A stretch of 64,000 nucleotides of DNA from an uncultured bacterium (lineage in GTDB: Bacteria; Krumholzibacteriota; Krumholzibacteriia; LZORAL124-64-63). Positions 19,801 through 27,194 of this stretch are shown here, one piece after another. Location of the stretch: positions 160,001-224,000 of the forward strand of contig CAVSZB010000008.1 of assembly GCA_963732385.1 (NCBI GenBank), given 5' to 3'. Positions within the stretch are counted from its first letter, which is position 1. Each line of letters opens with the position of its first letter. The translations under genes were made by a program, and so were the position numbers. Under the pieces are notes generated by a model. That model searched no databases. It was not told where the DNA came from and saw only the letters and a list, made by a program, of their open reading frames with translations.

Positions 19801-20778
19801 AGCCACGGTTTCCGGCCGGCGCTGGGCGACAAGCAGACGCGCAGCTCCGTGTTCAGCTTCTCCATGGACAACCGCTTCGATGTGAAGCTGCGCGGCGATG
19901 CCGATACGCAGGCGCGGGTCGAGGCGGGTGGGTCGCATGATTCCCGTTCGGCGGTGGCGGGCGGGGGGGGGAGTCCCGGTCGCGACAAGGGCACGGGGCG
20001 CAAGCTCGATGGCGTGCTCGACTGGCGCCTGTCGGCGAGTTATGACCCGAACGCCAGGTCGGGTCGCGGCTGGTCGTCGTTGAGCAGCGGCATTCTGATC
20101 AAGCCCGGGCAGAGTCGTAACCTCAATTTCCGGCTCGACAACAGCATCGATCCGTACCGGTGGCGCATCACCTCCACCCGCGTCACGTACGGGTTGAACC
20201 TCTCCGGGCGGCTTGATAACGGCGCCCAGGCCGGGCCCGCGCCGGAACGGGTCAACGCGGGCATCGACCGGCTTGGCGCGTCGGCCGACACTGCCGCCGC
20301 GTCGGGCGCCGAGCGTCTGCCCGATTCGCGGCCTGACGACTCCTGGTCGGACGAATTCGCCGGGTTCCCCAGGCCGGGCGGAGAAGGCGCCGGCAAGGAT
20401 CCCACGGAAGGGGGACGCTACGTCCCCTGGAGTCTGAGCACCTCCATCTCCTACAGCAGCACCGCGAGCGCTTATAGTTCGAGCCTCAGCAACAGTTCGG
20501 CGCGCGCGAACGTTTCGCTTTCCGCCAGCCCGACGCGTGGCTGGGATCTGACCTGGTCCGCCTCGTACGATGTCAGGCAGGGGGTGACGCTGCAGAACTG
20601 GGGGCTTGTCCGCGATCTGCACTGCTGGTCCCTGGAATTTTCGCGCATGATCAGTCAGTTCGACACGCAGTTTGGCTTCCGGATCTTCCTGAAATCGATT
20701 CCAGCCATCGAACTGCGACAGGGGGTGGGAGATCTCCAGCGGGCGGCCGGCGTCCTGGGGGGGGGCATGATCCCGTGA
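16855..20778 (+). CDS. lptD: LPS assembly protein LptD with an extended N-terminal OstA/LptA-like region (about 1307 aa)
   Basis: Signal peptide and repeated beta-jellyroll-like segments. Motifs 'MTSCNLARPHYHF', 'PVFALP', 'RRSGILFP' and C-terminal 'RDLHCW'. Confidence 0.8.
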   Translation: MIRTPGQRSIGPLLALSLSVLLCAFPPERGPAQELPPVPTADSAAVDSTGRGGGGAPTLPGFTRIRSRGPLVYRVQDGEPVTILTDSVLVERDSLAVSADSAFCYRALEVYDFRGNVIVVSGDMVLHSRRSVLRRLEDAADSEGEVRIEEKGVVGTATRGESRAGGALTRLIGEARLVSPEYTVWADTIVQYRDDDRGEAFGNVRLLDPASRTFVTGGRAVFRRHEGTAVVDRGPSLTTRERGEGSLAGTSRLMRFQREPDRIVMIDSVRIRQGRQQALADTAVVLGRERVLLRGNPTLHDGERTTMSGREIELLYRDEALDRALLRGAARIEDTQPDSLARLFPGLPAANVLEGDTITVEISAEEIRRTTVLGSAHSLYVPEDVADEIASNDVKGDTIVIDFRRGRVDVVQVSGSMSGIYSFVRRENLVAAPVDSAAVDSTATTSRVSTAPTVPAGPVAGSAAAADTNGTPVVVPPGGADFARRRETVVYSGHAAVFRLGERSIDVTRDASLDYGTLKLDARHVRFDTVRRELYADGDPLLEDDAQKIAGDQMGYNFGVRSGAVRDGVTTYDGSYYTGREIRRFADGTLKIRSGRMTSCNLARPHYHFWADKMKIRMGDKVVASPIVMKIGEVPVFALPVYFKSLRSGRRSGILFPNFGFGWTSREGRFVRDWGYYWATNDYLDFTLRGDYNEKRNLAMRLTNRYVKRYTYTGGFDWSRSNGLGSGVRVDEWQLRWNHNQESLFDVYTLRGDVQLASRTLTRNDLTSDVNRDVISGQLHSTVFVSRNWQNASGSLNLTRDQQVNAADDNPATDNVLATATLPQMNVSFRRRSVLAPLPAGSRGSLAGDLLRAAYFSHSYSASRQATSRELTDQQVTSAKGNLAVEWRPPRLGFLNLNSGVTASQSWQRNAREGRAFAGWDTLLVAPDSSVISETYRDVREIVENTLPSLGINTSANTTFYGLFPVRLGALQAIRHTLALSASHGFRPALGDKQTRSSVFSFSMDNRFDVKLRGDADTQARVEAGGSHDSRSAVAGGGGSPGRDKGTGRKLDGVLDWRLSASYDPNARSGRGWSSLSSGILIKPGQSRNLNFRLDNSIDPYRWRITSTRVTYGLNLSGRLDNGAQAGPAPERVNAGIDRLGASADTAAASGAERLPDSRPDDSWSDEFAGFPRPGGEGAGKDPTEGGRYVPWSLSTSISYSSTASAYSSSLSNSSARANVSLSASPTRGWDLTWSASYDVRQGVTLQNWGLVRDLHCWSLEFSRMISQFDTQFGFRIFLKSIPAIELRQGVGDLQRAAGVLGGGMIP

Positions 20779-20796
20779 TCCGGCAACTGCGCGGGG

Positions 20797-20825
20797 TTGC
20801 TCGCCGGCCGGCGTGCTCTTATAAT
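20797..20825 (+). promoter_or_regulatory. sigma70-type promoter of the selenoprotein gene
   Basis: TTGCTC-N17-TATAAT. Confidence 0.7.
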
Positions 20826-20959
20826 CCCCTCCGTGGGAACTCTGACCTCCCGCGTGCGGTTGAAGCGCGTCGGCGGTCGTTTCCCCGCCGGCGCCGATCG
20901 CCGGGCTGGCTTGCATTGAAGGGATGTTCATCGTGAGCGACGGCGTGAAGGGGTGTGCG

Positions 20960-22321
20960 ATGGACCGGCCCGGGGGCCTGCCTGTGACGCACCTTGCCCT
21001 CGTCCTGCTGGCATTGATCAGTCTTCTCGCGGCTTTCGCCAGCGTCCCCGCGGCCCTGTCGGCTGCGCAGGGAACGCTCGAGCCGATCGTGATTCTCTAT
21101 CACAGCGATGTTGGGGGAAAAGTCGAGCCGTGTGGCTGACACAGCAGCCAGCGTGGCGGGTTGGCCCGGAGGGCCACCCTTCTTGACACCGTTCTGAATG
21201 AGGGCGCCCCGGTGTTGCTGGTCGATGCGGGCGGGCTGTTCGGTACGCGCAACAAGCTGGAGCGCGACCAGACCCGCTTCGTGTGCGAGGTCACGGCCGG
21301 TTTTGGCTACGACGCCATCGGCCTCGGACAGGCCGACCTCAACTACGGCCTCGGTTTTCTGCGCGAGATGATAGAGAAGAACCGGCTGCCTTTCACCAAT
21401 GCGAATGTGCGGGACAAGGCGACGGGCCAGCTTCTGCTGCCGCCCTGGCTGGTCGTGCAGAAGGGTGGCGTCAGGTTCGGCATCGTGTCGGTGCTCGACC
21501 CCGTCGAGCCGTTCATCACCATGACGGCGCAGGACGAGGCCTATCAGGTCGATGATCCTGTGGCGACTCTGCGCACGGTCATTCCGGAGCTGCGCAAGCA
21601 GGCGCAGACGATCGTCCTGCTGAGCCACCTCGATCTGCCCCGCACCGAGAGCCTGCTCAAGGAATTGGCCGGTGTGGACATCGCGGTGGTGGGGCATACG
21701 CACCAGGCCGTGCCGATGCAGCGGATCGTCGGCAAGTCGGTCCTGCTGGCCGCCGGCTTCGAGGGGCGCACCATCGGCCGGCTCAGCGGTCAGTTCGACC
21801 AGGACGGCGTCATGCAGAACTTCCAGGTCAAGCTGATCGAACTCGACGAAAAGATCGCCGACGACGGGGTCATCCTCGAGAAAGTGACCCAGTTCAAGCA
21901 GAAGCTGGAAGAGACCCGCCAGTCCCTGCGCGGACGTCATCAGCAGGTCAAGGGCTCGGCGACGGAGCAGTTCCTGACCCAGAACGAATGCCGCAAGTGC
22001 CATGCCGATATCTATGCGAAGCTGGAGGGGTCGCGCCACAACGCGGCGCTCGCTTCGCTGGCCAGGAAGGGGATGTCGCAGGAGCCCGACTGTCTTGCCT
22101 GCCACACGACCGGCTACGAGTACAAGGGGGGCTACGATGAGAAGCCGCCCGCCAATCGCCTGCTGAACGTGCAGTGCGAAGCTTGTCACGGCTACGGGTC
22201 GCTGCACCGGCGCGACGGTCGCTGGAAAGCCGAGGCGCGCAGTACCTGCGTGGCCTGCCACGATCAGACGAACAGCCCGAAATTCGACTTTGCGACGTAC
22301 TGGGAAAAGATCAGGCACTGA
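20960..22321 (+). CDS. Secreted UshA/5'-nucleotidase-like selenoprotein fused to a tetraheme cytochrome c (c554-like) domain; Sec at TGA 21137-21139
   Basis: ORFs 20924-21139 and 21161-22321 are in the same frame. Read-through gives 'HSDVGGKVEPCG-U-HSSQRGGLARRAT'. Signal peptide present. Four CxxCH motifs (CRKCH, CLACH, CEACH, CVACH). Confidence 0.85.
21140..21179 (+). promoter_or_regulatory. Candidate bacterial SECIS element
   Basis: GGG-U-UGGCCC-GGA-GGGCCA-CCC hairpin (21158-21179); its G-containing loop lies about 28 nt after the UGA. Confidence 0.55.
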
Positions 22322-23132
22322 CGCGACGCCGGCCGCTGCCGGTCGGCGCAGCCCCGCGCGGGCGGCCCTGGCGGCCGCCTGCGCTTTTTGGCTCGCCGGC
22401 AGCGCGCCCGCGGCCGCGCTCGACCTCTTTACCCTCTGGCGCCAGCCGGAATTGCCACTGAGTCTCGTGCCGGGGGCATGGGCGGACTATCGTTCTTCCA
22501 CGCTCGAGGGGGGACAGCAGGCGACCGCCGCTGTTCGCATCCAATGCGTGGGCCGCGCGGCCGACGGCGCCTGGGAGATCGAATTGCTGCCTCTGCTCGA
22601 TCGCGCCGTGGGGCGCGTCCCCGAAGCGGGAGAGGGATGGCTGCTGCTGCTCTCCGATCGCGTGGCGCGTCGCGAGGGCGATCTGGCCGATCTGGTCCGC
22701 AAGGTTGTGCACTGGCAGGGCGGGCGGGCGACCGAACTCGCCCCGGCGCAGTGGCGCGAGGATCCGCTTGTCTCTTCGTCGTTGCGGGCCGCCTTCCGTC
22801 CGCAGACCACGCGATCCGCGGGCGAAAGCGTGCGGGTCGTGGGGGGGCGGGACCTGCTCTGCCGCCAGTACGATCTGGCCGCCGCCGAAACAACCCGCGT
22901 GATGCTGCCCCGGGGCACGCTCGTGCAGACGACCCGCCGCGAGATTTCGGCGGCGGTCCATCCCGAGGTGCCGTTCCTCGGGCTGGCGTTCGCCACGGAA
23001 CGAATCACGACCGAATCCCAGGTCGAGCCCCCCCGCGCCGGCCGGCGCGATCCGCCGCCGGCGGTCCGGTTCGAACTGATGGAACTGGTCGCCTTCGGCA
23101 GCGATGCGCGTCGGACGCTGGGGGCGCATTGA
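22290..23132 (+). CDS. Hypothetical exported protein
   Basis: Signal-like 'AALAAACAFWLAGSAPAAA'. Fills the gap between genes. Start uncertain. Confidence 0.55.
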   Translation: MRRTGKRSGTDATPAAAGRRSPARAALAAACAFWLAGSAPAAALDLFTLWRQPELPLSLVPGAWADYRSSTLEGGQQATAAVRIQCVGRAADGAWEIELLPLLDRAVGRVPEAGEGWLLLLSDRVARREGDLADLVRKVVHWQGGRATELAPAQWREDPLVSSSLRAAFRPQTTRSAGESVRVVGGRDLLCRQYDLAAAETTRVMLPRGTLVQTTRREISAAVHPEVPFLGLAFATERITTESQVEPPRAGRRDPPPAVRFELMELVAFGSDARRTLGAH

Positions 23133-23163
23133 CCCTGCACCCTTCCCCGTGGTAGAATTGACC

Positions 23164-24009
23164 ATGTTCGCGCTCCACCGACTCCACAATCTGCGCACTG
23201 CGGCCCATGCAGCTCTGATCGAGGCCGACTGGCCGCTCACCTCGGAGGCGCTGGCCAGCCGGCTTTTCGGGGCTCATCGCCACGAGGACCCGGTGGCCGC
23301 CATCATCGTGCGGCATCTTCTGCAGGGCGATCCCCGCTTCGTCCGCACGCACGCCGGACGCTGGTCCGCGGCGGGGGCCCCGCATCTGCGCGGTGCGCTC
23401 GACGACACCGTGTTCACCGTTGTCGACCTGGAAACCACCGGCAGTGTGCTCGGTGTGGATGAGATCGTCGAGATCGGCGCGCTCACCGTGTGCGGCGGCC
23501 GCATCGTCAGCCGGCTTTCGACTTTGGTGCGGTCGCGTCGGCCGATGCCTCCCTGGGTCCGGCGTCTGACCGGGATCCGTACCGCCGATCTGCGCGATGC
23601 GCCCACCTTCCCCGAAGTGGCTCCCGGGCTGCGCGAGATGCTGGCGGGTGCGGTCTTCGTCGCCCACGACGTGCGCTTCGACCTGCCGTTTTTGCGCTGG
23701 GAATTTTCCCGCCACGGGCTGGAGTTGCCCGAGATGCTCGGTGTATGCACGTTGCAGCTTTCGCGACTGCTCTGGCCCGATCTGCCGAGCCACCGGCTCG
23801 GCGACCTTGCGCGCGATCTCGACGTGCCGCACGGGCAGCCGCATCGGGCAGGCGCCGACGCCGAGGCCACCGCGGGCATCCTGCAGCAGGCGCTCGCCGG
23901 CGCCGCCCAGCACGGCCTGAGCGGATTGGGAGATCTTTTCACGGCTTCGTTCGTCGATGATGACGAGGTGGTCCCCGACGCCGCGATCGCCGCCGAGGCC
24001 GCCGGCTGA
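23164..24009 (+). CDS. DEDDh 3'-5' exonuclease (DnaQ/PolC-like), probably leaderless
   Basis: 'VVDLETTG', 'VAHDVRFD' and 'HRAGADA'. TTGACC-N18-TAGAAT ends 5 nt before the ATG. Confidence 0.85.
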   Translation: MFALHRLHNLRTAAHAALIEADWPLTSEALASRLFGAHRHEDPVAAIIVRHLLQGDPRFVRTHAGRWSAAGAPHLRGALDDTVFTVVDLETTGSVLGVDEIVEIGALTVCGGRIVSRLSTLVRSRRPMPPWVRRLTGIRTADLRDAPTFPEVAPGLREMLAGAVFVAHDVRFDLPFLRWEFSRHGLELPEMLGVCTLQLSRLLWPDLPSHRLGDLARDLDVPHGQPHRAGADAEATAGILQQALAGAAQHGLSGLGDLFTASFVDDDEVVPDAAIAAEAAG

Positions 24010-24145
24010 GCCGAGCCGCGGCAACTGCCTGTCTTGACTCCCGCCACGACATGCGATAGGATGCGGCCCGTTCGCAGCCTTCGTCCGCGCGGCAGAATGG
24101 AAGCGCGGCGGAGGCGGAATGTCGGGCGCTGCCAAGGAGGCGGAT

Positions 24146-24328
24146 ATGGGGCTGACCCCTGTGGAACAGGATGTTCTCGTTCGGGAGAAAAATTTCGTGA
24201 AGTTCGAGCGGTTGCTAGCCAGAGCCGAAGCAGAGGGCCGTATTGACGGGCCGCAGAAGTGCCTGGTCTGCGGGATGCGCTACCTCAATAAGGGGGATGC
24301 GGATTCCTGCTGCAGGATCGCCCCGTGA
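24146..24328 (+). CDS. Small 60-aa Cys-motif (putative Zn-binding) protein
   Basis: RBS AAGGAGG. Promoter TTGACT-N17-TAGGAT (24034-24062). 'CLVCGMRY...SCC'. Confidence 0.7.
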   Translation: MGLTPVEQDVLVREKNFVKFERLLARAEAEGRIDGPQKCLVCGMRYLNKGDADSCCRIAP

Positions 24329-24362
24329 GGGTGTTGTTTCGCGCGTATTGCCCCGGTTCTCC

Positions 24363-24875
24363 ATGTCCCCCGAGACGCTGATGATCGAACAGTATTGTTC
24401 CGTGTGCAAAGCGGTCCTCGAGATGTCGGTCGTGCAGACGTCTGATGGCGAGGAGGACGGTGTGCTATGGCTGCGCTGCCCGCGCTGCCACGGTTTCCTG
24501 CCGAAGATCAGCGACAATGTCGACCAGCCACACGGCTCCGCCGAATCGCCGCCCGAGATCGGGGAGACACCCGCAGAGCTGCCCGAGCCGATCTTCGGGG
24601 AAGCGATGCCCGCTCCCGACCTGCCGAAGAAGCCGGAGGTCGCCGGGGAAGACCTGTCGCCACCGCCGATGCCCGATTTCGATCCGGAGACGGCGATACC
24701 GTACCGGCCCTGGAACAGCTTCGATGTTGGCGCGGTGATTCGCCACCTCGCCTGGGACGATTATGGGATCGTTATGGCGAAGGAGATCCTGCCCGGCAAT
24801 CGTCACGCCGTGAAGGTGCAGTTCGAAAAGGCTGGCGTGGTCCGTCTCATCGAAGACAGCGGCGATCGGCCGTGA
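24363..24875 (+). CDS. Zn ribbon, Pro/acidic linker and Tudor-like (UvrD/PcrA C-terminal-like) domain protein
   Basis: CSVC...CPRC; C-terminal 'FDVGAVIRHLAWDDYGIV...VKVQFEKAGVVRL'. Confidence 0.65.
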   Translation: MSPETLMIEQYCSVCKAVLEMSVVQTSDGEEDGVLWLRCPRCHGFLPKISDNVDQPHGSAESPPEIGETPAELPEPIFGEAMPAPDLPKKPEVAGEDLSPPPMPDFDPETAIPYRPWNSFDVGAVIRHLAWDDYGIVMAKEILPGNRHAVKVQFEKAGVVRLIEDSGDRP

Positions 24876-25765
24876 TCTGCCGGCCGGACGGTGGCCGGAG
24901 GCGGTTCTTGCCCGCCCTCTGCCTGTTCTCAGTCATCCTTGGTGCCGCGGCGATCAGCAGAGCGCAACTGCCTCCGCGCGAACCTCTGCCCTGGGATATT
25001 CTCGCTCCGCCCTCCGGACGGCAGGCCCTGGTGCTGGATGCCGCGCGATTCACCGACCCGCATGTCGGTTGGCGCGCGCAGCGGCTGGGGTTCACCGCGT
25101 TCTGGCCACGTGGTCCCGCCGGGTGCCTCTTCCTGCGCACGGCCTGGTACGCTCTCGACACCGGCGAGGCTTCCGTTACGACGCGCTGGCCGCATCTGGC
25201 AGTTCCCGGCGATGGGACCGCGCCGGGCGGCGACACGGCAGTCGGCTGGGGCAGCCCGGAGGTGGGCTGGCTCTCCTCACTGCGGTTGGACAGCCACGGC
25301 GCCTGGCAGTACGCCTTCGCCGCGGCGCTGCCTCTCGGTCGGGACGAGCTATATCCGTTCGCCTCCACCAGCCTGCCCTTCCGCTTCCAACTGCGCAGGA
25401 CGGTGCGTCTGGGCGGGCGGCTGGAGGCCGGCGCACTCGCCGGACTGGTGTTCGTGCTCGATTCGGGGCGCGACCGGCTGCTGCCGGCGGCTTACCCGGG
25501 TGGGACGTCTGCCGCGCTGGATCTGGTCTGGCGCCAGTCGCAACGGCACGCGCTGACGATCACTCTTGCCGCGGAGTCGGGCGGTGGGGCGCTGGTCCTC
25601 CAGCCGTCGCTCGCCTGGCGTATACCGGCGGGAGGGTGGCGGGAATTGACCCTCGGCCTGCGGCGGGATCTCGCCGCCGCCGCCGACCGCTCCTACACCA
25701 CACAGGCGTGGCTCTCCTGGACGATTCGCCCGGCTCCGGCCGCTCCCCCCGCCGTCGCAAAATGA
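24872..25765 (+). CDS. Hypothetical exported, possibly outer-membrane beta-barrel protein
   Basis: Signal peptide and amphipathic aromatic-rich strands. GTGA overlap with the upstream gene. Confidence 0.5.
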   Translation: MICRPDGGRRRFLPALCLFSVILGAAAISRAQLPPREPLPWDILAPPSGRQALVLDAARFTDPHVGWRAQRLGFTAFWPRGPAGCLFLRTAWYALDTGEASVTTRWPHLAVPGDGTAPGGDTAVGWGSPEVGWLSSLRLDSHGAWQYAFAAALPLGRDELYPFASTSLPFRFQLRRTVRLGGRLEAGALAGLVFVLDSGRDRLLPAAYPGGTSAALDLVWRQSQRHALTITLAAESGGGALVLQPSLAWRIPAGGWRELTLGLRRDLAAAADRSYTTQAWLSWTIRPAPAAPPAVAK

Positions 25766-25919
25766 ACTGTCGGTGAGCCCGGCCCGGTCCGGACGCTGCC
25801 CGTCGCATCCCGGGTCGCAGGGCCGCGGCATTCCCTTCCGTTCCCTGCCGTTTCCCGCGCCGTGCCGAGGCGGCGGATCGCTTCGCGGCCGCAGGCCGGC
25901 GCACGCCGCGTCCGCGCCG

Positions 25920-25935
25920 TGGCATGCGCCTTGCC
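25920..25935 (+). promoter_or_regulatory. sigma54 (-24/-12) promoter
   Basis: TGGCATGCGCCTTGC: GG(25921-22)-N10-GC(25933-34), near consensus TGGCAC-N5-TTGC. Confidence 0.7.
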
Positions 25936-26005
25936 GATTCGGCCGCGACAACCGCTGTGATCGCGCATCTTCGAGCCTGGCATCGTTGCGGAAGGACCCT
26001 CCGCT

Positions 26006-27148
26006 TTGGCGCACATCTTCCTCATGGGAGATTCGACGCTTGCCGAGCAGGTGCAGACCTGGCTTCTGCGCTGGGGGCACAGCGTGAACCATGCCGCCAG
26101 CGAAGCGGCGCTGCAGTCAGGCGGTTCTCTGCGCCGGTCCGATGCCATCGTGGCGGTCTGCGACGGCCACGGGGTGGAGGGGCTTTGTCCGGCGGCGTTG
26201 GCGACCAGGGAGGGGACGGCGCCGGTGATCCTGGTGGGGCGGTCCGGCAGCGTCTGCCGCCACACCGATTCTCCTCTCGAACATGTGCCGGATCCCGGTC
26301 GCGGCGGACGCCGGTTGCGGCGCGCGCTCGGCTACTGCCTGCAGCGGGCGGAGTTGACGCGTCGCCATCTGGCCGAGCTGACCGGCCATCACGAGTATGT
26401 GCAGTTTCTTGGACACGAACTGCGCACGCCGATCACTTCCGCGCTGGCCGCGCTCGAAATTCTCGCCGGCGAGGGCACGGTCGGCACGGAGCCGGGCAGG
26501 CGCGAGGCCGACTTCGTGAGCATCGCGCTGCGCAACCTGAAGCGCCTGCGGGAAACCCTGGAATGGACCGATGACTATCTCGACTCCCGCACGTCGGTGC
26601 TGGCTCCGCGGTGGCGCGAAGCGCGACTGGGCGAACTGGTCACCCAGGCGGTCGGTCTCGAAACGCCGCGGCCGGACATCTCGCTGGTTTTCGAGGCGGG
26701 CGCCGAATCGCTGCCGGTGGTCAGCGATGGTCACCTCCTGCGCGGTCTCCTGCAGCAGGTCTGCCGTACGCTGCGTTACCATGCCCCGGGCGCGCATGTC
26801 ACACTGCGCATCAGCGCGCGCGTCGGGATTGACGAGGCCGCCCCCTGGCGCGGTGGTTCGCCGGCCGAATTCGTCGTCGCGCTGCATGTCAGCTGGCCGC
26901 CGGACAGCCGCGGGCCGGCTCAGGTCTGCCGCACCAGTCTCGTCGAGCCGGGCGAGGGGCCGCAGCAGGAACTTAGTCGTCTCGTTCGCCTGACCGTGTC
27001 GCGCGAAATCCTCGCCCTGTTCGGCGCGCGCCTGACCCTGCCCGCCCTCGAGGACGGCGCCCCCACGCTGCAGGTCGTTCTGCCTGCGGCGCCCCCCGGA
27101 GTGATCGCCGTATTCAGTTGCGTTTCCCGCCCCGCCGTCTGCGCTTGA
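26006..27148 (+). CDS. HisKA-domain protein with degenerate receiver and degenerate ATPase domains (pseudo-kinase or phosphotransferase)
   Basis: H-box 'FLGHELRTPITS' is intact. No recognisable N-box Asn, DxGxG or GxGLGL. Confidence 0.65.
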   Translation: MAHIFLMGDSTLAEQVQTWLLRWGHSVNHAASEAALQSGGSLRRSDAIVAVCDGHGVEGLCPAALATREGTAPVILVGRSGSVCRHTDSPLEHVPDPGRGGRRLRRALGYCLQRAELTRRHLAELTGHHEYVQFLGHELRTPITSALAALEILAGEGTVGTEPGRREADFVSIALRNLKRLRETLEWTDDYLDSRTSVLAPRWREARLGELVTQAVGLETPRPDISLVFEAGAESLPVVSDGHLLRGLLQQVCRTLRYHAPGAHVTLRISARVGIDEAAPWRGGSPAEFVVALHVSWPPDSRGPAQVCRTSLVEPGEGPQQELSRLVRLTVSREILALFGARLTLPALEDGAPTLQVVLPAAPPGVIAVFSCVSRPAVCA

Positions 27149-27194
27149 AGAAGGCCGCCGGTGTCCCTATGCTGCCGGGGGAGGGGGCAGCGCC

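Noticed and set aside
20924..21139. Stand-alone 71-aa peptide, or a nonsense-broken pseudogene
   Set aside because: The stop is TGA in a CxU context, in frame with the downstream domain and followed by a hairpin. Sec read-through explains it better.
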